A stretch of DNA of 64,000 nt from assembly GCF_002854065.1 (NCBI RefSeq), contig NZ_CP024147.1, one strand, 5' to 3'. Positions 1 through 11,000 of the stretch are shown piece by piece. Each line of letters begins with the position of its first letter. The first letter of the stretch is position 1. The stretch comes from Escherichia coli. GTDB lineage: Bacteria; Pseudomonadota; Gammaproteobacteria; Enterobacterales; Enterobacteriaceae. The translations under genes and the position numbers were made by a program. The notes beneath the pieces were generated by a model. That model did no database searches, had not been told where the DNA came from, and saw nothing but the letters and a program-made list of their open reading frames with translations.

Positions 1-152
1 CTTTTTAGGGAGCAAGTAAGTCTAAGCAAACCTTAACAGCAGAGAATTCCGATATTAGATGTAAATATATGTCTATCTATTTGAAAACCCTTAAGTTGTT
101 AAGGGTAACTTTACATAAAAGTGTGAACAAGCTGGCACAAATTGTTTAATGT
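1..152 (-). promoter_or_regulatory. Intergenic region downstream of ogt, probably the upstream/promoter region of fnr (fnr itself lies beyond the window edge)
   Basis: Non-coding AT-rich sequence 3-prime of ogt; in the K-12 arrangement fnr follows ogt on the same strand. No specific binding site was confidently identified. Confidence 0.3.
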
Positions 153-668
153 TTACAGCAAAAGATAACCTTCGTGGCGCAATAACCACTCTTTTCGCTG
201 AACTCCGCCTGCATATCCGGTCATGGTGCCGTTTCGGCCAATAACCCGATGGCAAGGTACGACGATGCTGATGGGATTCGATCCGTTTGCCGCACCAACG
301 GCACGCGCCGCGCCAGGGCGGCCCAATTGTTCAGCCAGTTGGCCGTAATGCATTACCTGCCCGCAGGGAATGGTGCGTAGTGTTTTCCAGACTTCGCGCT
401 GAAATGGCGTCCCCCCTGTGGCAGTGGGAAGCGTATCAATAATGCTAAGATTACCGGCAAAATAATCACGAAGCTTGTCGCTTAAACCGCCTGGGTTGGT
501 GGCAGAAATGCGCTCATAGCCTTCTTTGCGATAATGGATGTCCAGAAGCTGCACCATGCGTTCGCTGTACTCTTCCCATTCAACCGCCCGCAGACGAAAT
601 TGCTCATCGCAAATCACCCACAGTGGACCCAGTGGCGTGGCAATTTTTTCTTCAAGTAATCTCAGCAT
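153..668 (-). CDS. ogt: O6-methylguanine-DNA methyltransferase
   Basis: 171-aa ORF with the PCHRV active-site cysteine motif; sequence recognised as Ogt. Confidence 0.92.
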   Translation of the reverse strand: MLRLLEEKIATPLGPLWVICDEQFRLRAVEWEEYSERMVQLLDIHYRKEGYERISATNPGGLSDKLRDYFAGNLSIIDTLPTATGGTPFQREVWKTLRTIPCGQVMHYGQLAEQLGRPGAARAVGAANGSNPISIVVPCHRVIGRNGTMTGYAGGVQRKEWLLRHEGYLLL

Positions 669-678
669 CCGTTCTCTC

Positions 679-747
679 TTAAGACAAACGTGGGTAAATC
701 CCCGGACCTATCGGCAGACCAACAAGATACCACGCCAGCAACATCAG
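679..747 (-). pseudogene. abgT: 3-prime remnant of abgT (aminobenzoyl-glutamate transporter) truncated by IS1
   Basis: Minus-strand reading ends ...[22 protein letters not shown]-stop a few bp upstream of the ogt start and runs directly into the IS1 end at 748; hydrophobic transporter-like C-terminus. Identity inferred from the K-12 neighbourhood. Confidence 0.55.
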
Positions 748-802
748 GGTGATGCTGCCAACTTACTGATTTAGTGTATGATGGTGTTTTTGAGGTGCTC
801 CA

Positions 803-1078
803 GTGGCTTCTGTTTCTATCAGCTGTCCCTCCTGTTCAGCTACTGACGGGGTGGTGCGTAACGGCAAAAGCACTGCCGGACATCAGCGCTATCTCTGCTC
901 TCACTGCCGTAAAACATGGCAACTGCAGTTCACTTACACCGCTTCTCAACCCGGTACGCACCAGAAAATCATTGATATGGCCATGAATGGCGTTGGATGC
1001 CGGGCAACCGCCCGCATTATGGGCGTTGGCCTCAACACGATTTTCCGCCATTTAAAAAACTCAGGCCGCAGTCGGTAA
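803..1078 (+). CDS. insA: IS1 InsA (transposition inhibitor / N-terminal part of transposase)
   Basis: 91-aa [43 protein letters not shown]..., recognised as InsA. Confidence 0.93.
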   Translation: MASVSISCPSCSATDGVVRNGKSTAGHQRYLCSHCRKTWQLQFTYTASQPGTHQKIIDMAMNGVGCRATARIMGVGLNTIFRHLKNSGRSR

Positions 1079-1500
1079 CCTCGCGCATACAGCCGGGCAG
1101 TGACGTCATCGTCTGCGCGGAAATGGACGAACAGTGGGGATACGTCGGGGCTAAATCGCGCCAGCGCTGGCTGTTTTACGCGTATGACAGGCTCCGGAAG
1201 ACGGTTGTTGCGCACGTATTCGGTGAACGCACTATGGCGACGCTGGGGCGTCTTATGAGCCTGCTGTCACCCTTTGACGTGGTGATATGGATGACGGATG
1301 GCTGGCCGCTGTATGAATCCCGCCTGAAGGGAAAGCTGCACGTAATCAGCAAGCGATATACGCAGCGAATTGAGCGGCATAACCTGAATCTGAGGCAGCA
1401 CCTGGCACGGCTGGGACGGAAGTCGCTGTCGTTCTCAAAATCGGTGGAGCTGCATGACAAAGTCATCGGGCATTATCTGAACATAAAACACTATCAATAA
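997..1500 (+). CDS. insB: IS1 InsB reading frame (expressed as InsAB' transposase by a -1 frameshift at A6C)
   Basis: 167-aa ORF in the -1 frame relative to insA, overlapping its 3-prime end; A6C slippery motif at 1054..1060. Confidence 0.9.
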   Translation: MPGNRPHYGRWPQHDFPPFKKLRPQSVTSRIQPGSDVIVCAEMDEQWGYVGAKSRQRWLFYAYDRLRKTVVAHVFGERTMATLGRLMSLLSPFDVVIWMTDGWPLYESRLKGKLHVISKRYTQRIERHNLNLRQHLARLGRKSLSFSKSVELHDKVIGHYLNIKHYQ

Positions 1501-1515
1501 GTTGGAGTCATTACC

Positions 1516-1656
1516 GGTTCGTAGCTGACTAAACGTGAGTTCTTGCATCAACAGTCGCGCCGCGCTATTGGCATAAATTAACTGTTCCTCAAAGGGCGAA
1601 ACGATCCAGACAGGACTGGTGAGTAAGTCCAGGGTATTGAAGTTGTGCGTAATCAT
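1516..1656 (-). pseudogene. dgcM: 5-prime remnant (47 codons) of diguanylate cyclase dgcM (ydaM) truncated by IS1
   Basis: Minus-strand reading MITHNFNTLDLLTSPVWIVSPFEEQLIYANSAARLLMQELTFSQLRT runs directly into the IS1 right end at 1515; divergent from zntB as in K-12. Identity is from memory of the DgcM N-terminus and gene context. Confidence 0.6.
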
Positions 1657-1889
1657 TGAGATCCCATTATTTTTATCAATTTTTGTTGCTATCCGATCGC
1701 AAAAAAGCCACATCATATGATCAGATAATTCTGATAATGATAGACGCTATTTAACACTTCACACGGTTTGTATACGGAAAAGCATTTTGCTTTTTGTATT
1801 CAATTTAGACAGAATTTTATTAATCATTTCAGGGTAATGGGGTGATGAGATGTTGCGTAACAGGGCCAGAAGGCTAGACTACAAAATAA

Positions 1890-2894
<1,005 letters not shown>

Positions 2895-2940
2895 CAAAAG
2901 CAATTTTTCCGGCTATCTGTATACAAAAACGCCGCAAAGT

Positions 2941-2954
2941 TTGAGCGAAGTCAA
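2941..2954 (+). promoter_or_regulatory. FNR-type box TTGAGCGAAGTCAA upstream of FnrS
   Basis: Matches TTGAT-N4-ATCAA at 8 of 10 positions; centred about 41 bp upstream of the proposed FnrS 5-prime end, as expected for a class II FNR promoter. Confidence 0.6.
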
Positions 2955-2989
2955 TAAACTCTCTACCCATTCAGGGCAATATCTCTCTT

Positions 2990-3111
2990 GCAGGTGAATG
3001 CAACGTCAAGCGATGGGCGTTGCGCTCCATATTGTCTTACTTCCTTTTTTGAATTACTGCATAGCACAATTGATTCGTACGACGCCGACTTTGATGAGTC
3101 GGCTTTTTTTT
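2990..3111 (+). ncRNA. fnrS: FnrS small regulatory RNA (FNR-activated, Hfq-dependent)
   Basis: Sequence GCAGGTGAATGCAACGTCAAGCGATGGGCG...CTTACTTCCTTTTTTGAATTACTGCATAGC... ending in hairpin GCCGACTttgatgAGTCGGC plus T8; lies in the zntB-dbpA intergenic region, where fnrS maps in K-12. Confidence 0.8.
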
Positions 3112-3168
3112 GCCTGTTATTTATCAGCGTCTACCCTTTAAGAGTCCACCCAATGACCGGAGGGAAAT

Positions 3169-3342
3169 ATGACGACACTTATTTATTTGCAAATTCCTGT
3201 CCCTGAACCGATTCCTGGCGATCCTGTTCCAGTTCCCGATCCGATCCCTCGCCCGCAACCCATGCCTGACCCACCACCCGATGAAGAACCGATTAAATTG
3301 TCGCATCGTGAGCGTAGATCTGCGAGGATACGCGCCTGCTAA
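3169..3342 (+). CDS. Small proline-rich protein (57 aa), possibly the K-12 small protein annotated in the zntB-dbpA gap
   Basis: ATG preceded by GGAGGG; translation MTTLIYLQIPVPEPIPGDPVPVPDPIPRPQPMPDPPPDEEPIKLSHRERRSARIRAC. Below the 60-aa cutoff of the ORF track. Coding status unverified. Confidence 0.4.
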   Translation: MTTLIYLQIPVPEPIPGDPVPVPDPIPRPQPMPDPPPDEEPIKLSHRERRSARIRAC

Positions 3343-3371
3343 CTTTGCGTCGATGACCACGAGAATAGATT

Positions 3372-4745
3372 GTGACCGCTTTTTCTACCCTGAATGTTTT
3401 GCCTCCCGCCCAACTCACGAACCTTAATGAGTTGGGTTATTTAACCATGACGCCGGTGCAGGCCGCCGCGCTTCCGGCGATCCTTGCCGGAAAAGATGTT
3501 CGCGTGCAGGCGAAAACTGGCAGCGGCAAAACGGCGGCTTTTGGCCTCGGCTTGTTACAGCAAATTGATGCGTCGCTATTTCAAACCCAGGCTTTAGTGC
3601 TGTGTCCTACGCGTGAACTGGCGGATCAGGTGGCAGGTGAATTGCGTCGGCTGGCGCGTTTTCTGCCAAATACCAAAATTTTGACGTTGTGCGGTGGTCA
3701 ACCGTTCGGTATGCAGCGTGATTCGTTGCAACATGCGCCGCATATTATCGTGGCAACGCCGGGCCGTTTGCTGGATCACCTGCAAAAAGGCACGGTATCA
3801 CTGGATGCGCTGAATACTTTGGTGATGGATGAGGCCGACCGCATGCTGGATATGGGATTTAGCGATGCCATTGATGATGTCATCCGTTTTGCGCCGGCAT
3901 CTCGACAGACGCTTCTGTTTTCGGCAACCTGGCCGGAAGCCATCGCCGCAATCAGCGGACGAGTGCAACGCGATCCTTTGGCGATTGAAATTGACTCAAC
4001 AGATGCTTTGCCACCCATTGAACAACAATTTTATGAGACATCCAGTAAAGGCAAAATTCCTCTGTTGCAACAGTTATTAAGCTTGCATCAGCCATCCTCT
4101 TGCGTGGTGTTTTGCAATACCAAAAAAGATTGCCAGGCTGTCTGCGACGCGCTGAATGAAGTAGGGCAAAGTGCATTGTCATTACACGGCGATTTGGAGC
4201 AACGCGATCGCGATCAGACCCTGGTACGTTTTGCTAACGGTAGCGCCCGTGTACTGGTCGCGACTGATGTTGCTGCGCGTGGTCTGGATATTAAATCGCT
4301 TGAGCTGGTGGTGAACTTTGAGCTGGCGTGGGACCCTGAAGTTCATGTACATCGCATCGGTCGTACAGCTCGTGCAGGAAATAGCGGTCTGGCGATCAGT
4401 TTCTGTGCTCCGGAAGAAGCACAGCGGGCCAATATCATTTCTGACATGTTGCAGATAAAACTTAACTGGCAAACGCCGCCAGCTAATAGTTCCATTGTGA
4501 CGCTGGAAGCAGAAATGGCAACGTTGTGTATCGATGGCGGGAAAAAAGCCAAAATGCGCCCGGGTGATGTATTAGGTGCACTGACAGGAGATATCGGGCT
4601 TGATGGCGCAGATATAGGCAAAATCGCCGTGCATCCGGCGCATGTCTATGTCGCGGTCCGTCAGGCTGTTGCTCATAAAGCATGGAAACAGTTACAGGGC
4701 GGGAAGATTAAAGGAAAAACGTGCCGGGTGCGGTTATTAAAATAA
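3372..4745 (+). CDS. dbpA: ATP-dependent RNA helicase DbpA (DEAD-box, 23S rRNA-specific)
   Basis: 457-aa ORF with GSGKT Walker A and DEAD (VMDEADRML) motifs; GTG start. Confidence 0.93.
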   Translation: MTAFSTLNVLPPAQLTNLNELGYLTMTPVQAAALPAILAGKDVRVQAKTGSGKTAAFGLGLLQQIDASLFQTQALVLCPTRELADQVAGELRRLARFLPNTKILTLCGGQPFGMQRDSLQHAPHIIVATPGRLLDHLQKGTVSLDALNTLVMDEADRMLDMGFSDAIDDVIRFAPASRQTLLFSATWPEAIAAISGRVQRDPLAIEIDSTDALPPIEQQFYETSSKGKIPLLQQLLSLHQPSSCVVFCNTKKDCQAVCDALNEVGQSALSLHGDLEQRDRDQTLVRFANGSARVLVATDVAARGLDIKSLELVVNFELAWDPEVHVHRIGRTARAGNSGLAISFCAPEEAQRANIISDMLQIKLNWQTPPANSSIVTLEAEMATLCIDGGKKAKMRPGDVLGALTGDIGLDGADIGKIAVHPAHVYVAVRQAVAHKAWKQLQGGKIKGKTCRVRLLK

Positions 4746-4782
4746 TGAAATGTTGAATTGCCGGGTGCAAGAGTAAACATCT

Positions 4783-4866
4783 TATTCGGGATTGCCGGAT
4801 GCGACGCTGGCCGCGTCTTATCCGGCCTCCATAAGAGTAGCCCGATACGCTTGCGCATCGGGCGCT
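4783..4866. repeat. REP/BIME-type extragenic palindromic elements
   Basis: GCCGGATGCGACGC...CTTATCCGGCC and GCCCGATACGCTTGCGCATCGGGC palindromic units between the convergent dbpA and ttcA. Confidence 0.7.
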
Positions 4867-4873
4867 ATCCTGG

Positions 4874-5809
4874 TTATTTCACTTCAACCACATTCAGCCG
4901 TAACTCATCCAACTGATTTTCATCTTCTTCTGGCTGCCAGCCCGCCGGTTGTAGTGGGATCTCTTCGCGATCAAACGCCAGATCACCCCCGTTAACCACT
5001 TCAGAACCGTGGGTGATGCCTTTGAAATCGAACAGGTTGGTATCGCACAGATGCGACGGCACCACATTCTGCATCGCGCTGAACATCGTCTCGATACGCC
5101 CTGGATAACGTTTATCCCAGTCACGCAACATGTCAGCAATCACCTGACGTTGCAGGTTAGGCTGTGAACCGCACAGGTTGCACGGAATAATGGGGAACGC
5201 TTTTGCATCGGCAAATCGCTGAATATCTTTCTCGCGGCAGTAGGCCAGCGGACGAATAACGATATGTTTGCCATCATCGCTCATCAGTTTCGGAGGCATA
5301 CCTTTCATCTTGCCGCCGTAGAACATATTTAAGAACAGCGTCTGCAGGATATCGTCACGATGGTGACCCAGCGCGATCTTCGTCGCCCCCAGTTCCGTTG
5401 CGGTACGATAAAGAATACCGCGACGAAGGCGAGAACACAGTGAGCAAGTGGTTTTGCCCTCTGGAATCTTCTCTTTCACGATACCGTAAGTGTTCTCTTC
5501 AACAATCTTGTACTCAACGCCCAGCTTTTCAAGATACTCGGGCAGAACGTGCTCCGGGAAGCCCGGTTGCTTTTGATCGAGGTTAACAGCCACCAGCGAA
5601 AAATTGATTGGCGCGCTTTGCTGCAAATTGCGCAGAATCTCCAGCATGGTATAGCTGTCTTTACCCCCGGAGAGGCAAACCATGATGCGATCGCCTTCTT
5701 CAATCATATTGAAGTCAGCAATGGCTTCGCCCACGTTACGACGCAGGCGTTTTTGTAATTTGTTCAGGTTGTATTGTTCTTTCTTGCTAATTTCTTGATT
5801 TTGCGACAT
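4874..5809 (-). CDS. ttcA: tRNA 2-thiocytidine(32) synthetase TtcA
   Basis: 311-aa ORF with PP-loop SGGKDS and Cys-X-X-Cys motifs. Confidence 0.92.
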   Translation of the reverse strand: MSQNQEISKKEQYNLNKLQKRLRRNVGEAIADFNMIEEGDRIMVCLSGGKDSYTMLEILRNLQQSAPINFSLVAVNLDQKQPGFPEHVLPEYLEKLGVEYKIVEENTYGIVKEKIPEGKTTCSLCSRLRRGILYRTATELGATKIALGHHRDDILQTLFLNMFYGGKMKGMPPKLMSDDGKHIVIRPLAYCREKDIQRFADAKAFPIIPCNLCGSQPNLQRQVIADMLRDWDKRYPGRIETMFSAMQNVVPSHLCDTNLFDFKGITHGSEVVNGGDLAFDREEIPLQPAGWQPEEDENQLDELRLNVVEVK

Positions 5810-5951
5810 TTAAAAGCGACTCAATTCGTTATATGGCATCAGAAGAGTATGCGTCATGCCGGAACGCCCAGCATAAGAAATCTGATATAAAAACTGTGGC
5901 GTGTATGGTACGGATTAGAGAGGAAAATGTCAGCACATTTGCGAAATGAAT

Positions 5952-5977
5952 CAAAAAGCCCGCAGCAATGTGCGGGC
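5952..5977 (-). terminator. Rho-independent terminator downstream of uspF
   Basis: GCCCGCA/TGCGGGC hairpin followed by a U-run on the minus strand, just 3-prime of the uspF stop. Confidence 0.7.
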
Positions 5978-5984
5978 GTTAGTG

Positions 5985-6500
<516 letters not shown>

Positions 6501-6525
6501 TTAGATCAAAGGAGGAATAATAAGC

Positions 6526-6551
6526 AGAAAAAGCCCGCCATAACAGCGGGC
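6526..6551 (-). terminator. Rho-independent terminator downstream of ompN
   Basis: GCCCGC...GCGGGC hairpin followed by a U-run on the minus strand immediately after the ompN stop. Confidence 0.7.
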
Positions 6552-6559
6552 AGGAGGAT

Positions 6560-7693
6560 TTAGAACTGATAAACCAGACCTAAAGCGACAATATCATCGG
6601 TAGAGATGCCGTTGGCAGCGTAGAAACTGTCATCTTCATCCAACAGGTTGATTTTATAGTCAACATAAGTGGACATGTTTTTATTGAAATAGTAAGTCGC
6701 GCCAACATCGGCGTATTTAACCAGATCTTTATCATCAACACCTGCCGGGTTGTCTGCACCACCGGCAGCGTGCAGGTCACGGCCTTTAGACATCAGGAAA
6801 GAGACTGCCGGACGCAGACCAAAATCAAACTGGTACTGTGCAGTGACTTCAAAGTTCTGGGTTTTGTTCGCAACTGCATAATCGCTGTCGCCAAACGGGG
6901 TCATATTACGCGTTTCTGAATACATGGTTGCCAGGTAAATATTGTTAGCATCGTATTTTAGCCCAGCAGTCCACGCGTCTGCTTTATCACCACCCGCCGC
7001 AGTATGGTTAACCTGGTCATTGGTGCGGTCAGAAGAGGTGTATGCCGCACCAGCGCTAAAGCCCATGCCTAAATCATATGTTGTGGAAAGACCCCAGCCG
7101 TCACCGTTTTCATGGCGAACATCACGTCCGTTGTTGGTGCCTTCCTGACCATTACTGGCACCTTCGTTGTTACCTTGATACTGCACCGCGAAGTTCAGAC
7201 CATTTACCAGACCGAAGAAATCAGTATTACGATAAGTCGCGACGCCATTGGCACGACCAGTCATAAAGTTGTCTGCATTGGTATAAGAGTCACCGCCAAA
7301 TTCAGGCAGCATATCGGTCCAGCCTTCGATGTCGTACATTACGCCATAATTACGTCCGTAATCGAAAGAACCGTAATCTGCAAATTTCAGTCCGGCAAAT
7401 GCCAGACGGGTCCATGACTGGTTTTTTGAAGATTCAGTGTTGTTTGCCTGAATATTGTATTCCCATTGACCGTAGCCAGTAAGTTGATCGTTAATTTGGG
7501 TTTCGCCTTTAAAACCCAGACGCGCATAGCTCTGGTCGCCATCTTTCGCTGAATTATCAGAAAAATAATGCAGGCCATCAACTTTGCCATACAGATCTAA
7601 TTTGTTGCCGTCTTTATTATAAACTTCGGCTGCATGTGCAGCACCTGCGGCGATCAGGGCAGGAATTAAAAGTGCCAGTACTTTGCTTTTCAT
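6560..7693 (-). CDS. ompN: Outer membrane porin OmpN
   Basis: 377-aa ORF with signal peptide [21 protein letters not shown], porin beta-barrel features and C-terminal ...LVYQF. Confidence 0.9.
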   Translation of the reverse strand: MKSKVLALLIPALIAAGAAHAAEVYNKDGNKLDLYGKVDGLHYFSDNSAKDGDQSYARLGFKGETQINDQLTGYGQWEYNIQANNTESSKNQSWTRLAFAGLKFADYGSFDYGRNYGVMYDIEGWTDMLPEFGGDSYTNADNFMTGRANGVATYRNTDFFGLVNGLNFAVQYQGNNEGASNGQEGTNNGRDVRHENGDGWGLSTTYDLGMGFSAGAAYTSSDRTNDQVNHTAAGGDKADAWTAGLKYDANNIYLATMYSETRNMTPFGDSDYAVANKTQNFEVTAQYQFDFGLRPAVSFLMSKGRDLHAAGGADNPAGVDDKDLVKYADVGATYYFNKNMSTYVDYKINLLDEDDSFYAANGISTDDIVALGLVYQF

Positions 7694-7920
7694 TGAATAA
7701 ATCCTTTAGTTATTTTATTTGCCTTTTATCCCCATTTCGGGGAGTGAAAACATCCTAAAGGAGAAGTTCAGTTAGCCGATAAATATCATTTGTTACGCCT
7801 TAAGTAAAACCTTAATCAAATAATTCCTCTGAAATGATAATAAGTCTGGTGAATGTATCGAAGATAATACATACAAAATAAAAATTATACTTTTTATTTT
7901 CTATACGTTATTCTGCGCGG

Positions 7921-8029
7921 GTTATATGCCTTTATTGTCACAGATTTTATTTTCTGTTGGGCCATTGCATTGCCACTGATTTTCCAACATATAAAAAGAC
8001 AAGCCCGAACAGTCGTCCGGGCTTTTTTT
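7921..8029 (+). ncRNA. micC: MicC small RNA (Hfq-dependent repressor of ompC)
   Basis: Sequence GTTATATGCCTTTATTGTCACAGATTTTATTTTCTGTTGGGCC... ending in GCCCGAACAGTCGTCCGGGC plus T7; sits in the ompN-pfo intergenic region, divergent from ompN. Confidence 0.85.
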
Positions 8030-8057
8030 AGAATTGGATAATCCTTATCCAGAGCAT

Positions 8058-11000
8058 TTAATCGGTGTTGCTTTTTTCCGCTTTTCCGGCCATTTGTGCC
8101 AGGAAGTCATAGCGTTTTTGCAAATCAGCTGCAGCATCTTTCCATAACTGTTCTGCCACTTCTGGCTGCTGCGAATTCAGACGACGGAAACGTTGCTCGT
8201 GAAGTAACGTTTCTTCCAGTGCTTCTGACGGCGGGCGTGAATCCAGCGCCAGCGGCAGTTTGCCTTCATCGGCACGACGCGGATCGAAGCGATATAGCGG
8301 CCAGAAGCCGGTAGCTGTGAGTTGGCGCATCTGGTCATGGCTGAGTGCCAGATCGTAACCATGCTCTTCACACGGGCTATAAGCAATGATCAGCGATGGT
8401 CCCGGATACGCTTCCGCTTCCTGAATCGCTTTCACCGTCTGGTTCAGTTGCGCGCCGAGAGAAATCTGCGCCACATAAACATGACCGTACATCATCATAC
8501 TGACGCCAAGATCTTTACGCGCTTTACGTTTGCCGTGCTCGCCAAATTTAGTTACTGCACCCAGCGGTGTCGCTTTCGACGCCTGACCACCGGTGTTGGA
8601 ATAGCATTGCGTATCCAGCACCAGAATGTTGACGTTTTCCGTCAAACTCAATACATGATCCAGACCGCCAAAGCCGATATCGTAAGCCCAGCCGTCGCCA
8701 CCAATCAGCCAGATTGATTTTTCTACCAGTGCATCTGCGTCACGCAGCAGTTCATGTGCTTCGGCAACATCGTTGAGTTGCTGGCGTAAAGCTGCGACCT
8801 GTTCTCGACGAACCTCTGGCGTAGCGTCTGATTTCAACGCCGTCAGTAATTCCGCCGGGATTTTATCGGCAAATTGATCCAGCAGACGCAGCACGCGGAC
8901 ACGGTGTTGATCGACCGTCAGGCGGAAACCAAGGCCAAATTCGGCATTATCTTCAAATAGAGAGTTCGCCCATGCCGGCCCACGACCGTTGGCATCGGTG
9001 GTATACGGTGTAGAGGGCAGGTTACCGCCATAAATTGAAGAACAGCCGGTGGCGTTAGCGATCAACATCCGGTCGCCATAGAGCTGAGTCAGCAATTTAA
9101 TATACGGCGTCTCGCCACAACCGGAGCAAGCACCGGAATATTCAAACAGCGGTGTAATCAGCTGCGATGTACGAATATCAATACGTTCCAGTTTGCTACG
9201 GTCTATTTCTGGCAGGTTGAGGAAGAAATCGTAATTGATTTTCTCTTCTTCGACATGTTCCAGGCGAGACATCATATTGATGGCTTTAATCTCTGGATTC
9301 TGACGGTCTTTCGCCGGGCAAACTTCGACGCACAGGTTACAACCGGTGCAATCTTCCGGTGCCACCTGCAAGACATATTTCTGCCCGCGCATATCACGCG
9401 ATTTCACATCCAGCGAATGCAGGCTGGCAGGGGCGTTTTCCATCGCTTCAGGCGGCACCACTTTTGCGCGAATAGCTGAGTGTGGGCAAGCGGCAACGCA
9501 GTGGTTACATTGGGTACAGAGTTCCTCTTTCCAGATGGGGATCTCTTCGGCGATATTGCGTTTTTCCCAGCGTGTAGTGCCCATCGGCCAGGTGCCGTCT
9601 GGCGGCAGCGCCGAAACGGGGAGGGCATCACCAAGCCCGGCGAGCATCGCAGCGGTTACGGTTTTCACGAAATCAGGGGCGGCATCGGAAACCACTGGCG
9701 GTCGATTGGCGCTGTGCGGATTTACCGGTTGCAACGGAACTTCTTCTACGGATTCACGCGCCAGCGCCAGAGCCTGCCAGTTGCGCTCCACCAGATCCTG
9801 GCCTTTGCTACTGTAACTTTTGGCAATCGCACCCTGCAATTCTGCGAGGGCGCTATCGCCAGGCAGAATTTGCGTCAGATGGAAAAAAGCCATCTGCATG
9901 ACGGTATTAATACGGGCCGCCAGGCCACATTCGCGGGCGATTTTCGCTGCGTTAATCACATAGAAGCACGCTTTTTTCTGGTTTAACACGGCCTGAACTT
10001 CTTGCGGCAAGCGCGACCACACTTCATCTGCGCTGTACGGCGTGTTGAGCAGGAAAATGCCGCCAGGTTTTAAACGCTCAGCCATCTGATATTTATCGAT
10101 AAACTGCAACTGGTGGCAGCCAACAAAATCAGCCTGGGAAATGAGATAAGCGGAACGAATCGGCTGTTCGCTCACTCGAAGGTGAGAAACCGTCAGACCG
10201 CCCGCCTTTTTGGAGTCGTAAACAAAATAGCCCTGTGCGTACCACGGCGTGGAATTACCGATAATCTTGATATTGTTTTTGGTCGCGGAAACGCTGCCAT
10301 CACTACCAAGGCCATAAAACAAGGCTTCCAGTTTCGCCGAGTTTGGCAGGGTGTTTTCCGGCAACGGCAGTGACAGATTGGTCACATCATCGTAAATACC
10401 AACCGTAAAGCGCGCTTTCGGTTTAGCCGCGTTGAGCTCGGCAAATACCGCCAGTACACAGTCCGGGCCAAATTCTTTGGATGAAAGACCATAGCGCCCA
10501 CCAATGACACGGGGCAGAGTTTCGCGCTCGCCATTATTAAAGGCTTCTGCCAGTGCGGTCATTACATCCAGATAGAGCGGTTCTGCCTGGGCACCGGGTT
10601 CTTTGGTTCTGTCCAGTACCGCTACGCTGCGTACGGATCCCGGCAGAGCTTGCAGCAAGTGTTTGGCGGAGAAGGGACGGTACAGGCGAACTTTCAGCAC
10701 GCCAACTTTTTCGCCACGGGTTAGCAATTCATCAACCACTTCTTCACAGGTGCCAATGGCAGAGCCCATCAGGATAATCACCCGTTCCGCTTGCGGATGC
10801 CCGTAATATTCAAACGGCTGATACTGACGACCTGTCGCGGCAGAGAAATCATTCATCGCCTGTTCAACATGGTCATAGACCGCGTTGTACCATGGGTTGG
10901 TGGCTTCGCGAGACTGGAAATAAGTGTCAGGATTGGCGGACGTACCGCGGATCACCGGATGTTCCGGGTTGAGCGCCCGGGCGCGATGAGCATCAATTTC

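Larger units (their letters stand above)
748..1515 (+). mobile_element. IS1 insertion sequence (768 bp), copy 1, no target-site duplication
   Basis: Starts GGTGATGCTGCCAACTTACTGAT and ends ATCAATAAGTTGGAGTCATTACC (canonical IS1 inverted repeats); contains insA and insB with the A6C frameshift motif at 1054..1060. Flanking 9-mers differ (caacatcag vs ggttcgtag). Confidence 0.95.

Noticed and set aside
538-774. 78-aa plus-strand ORF spanning the ogt 5-prime region and the IS1 end
   Set aside because: Antisense to ogt and the abgT remnant, running into the IS1 inverted repeat; no support as a gene.
2988-3206. 72-aa ORF overlapping FnrS
   Set aside because: It coincides with the FnrS sRNA and its terminator; the start sits at the sRNA 5-prime end with no ribosome-binding site.
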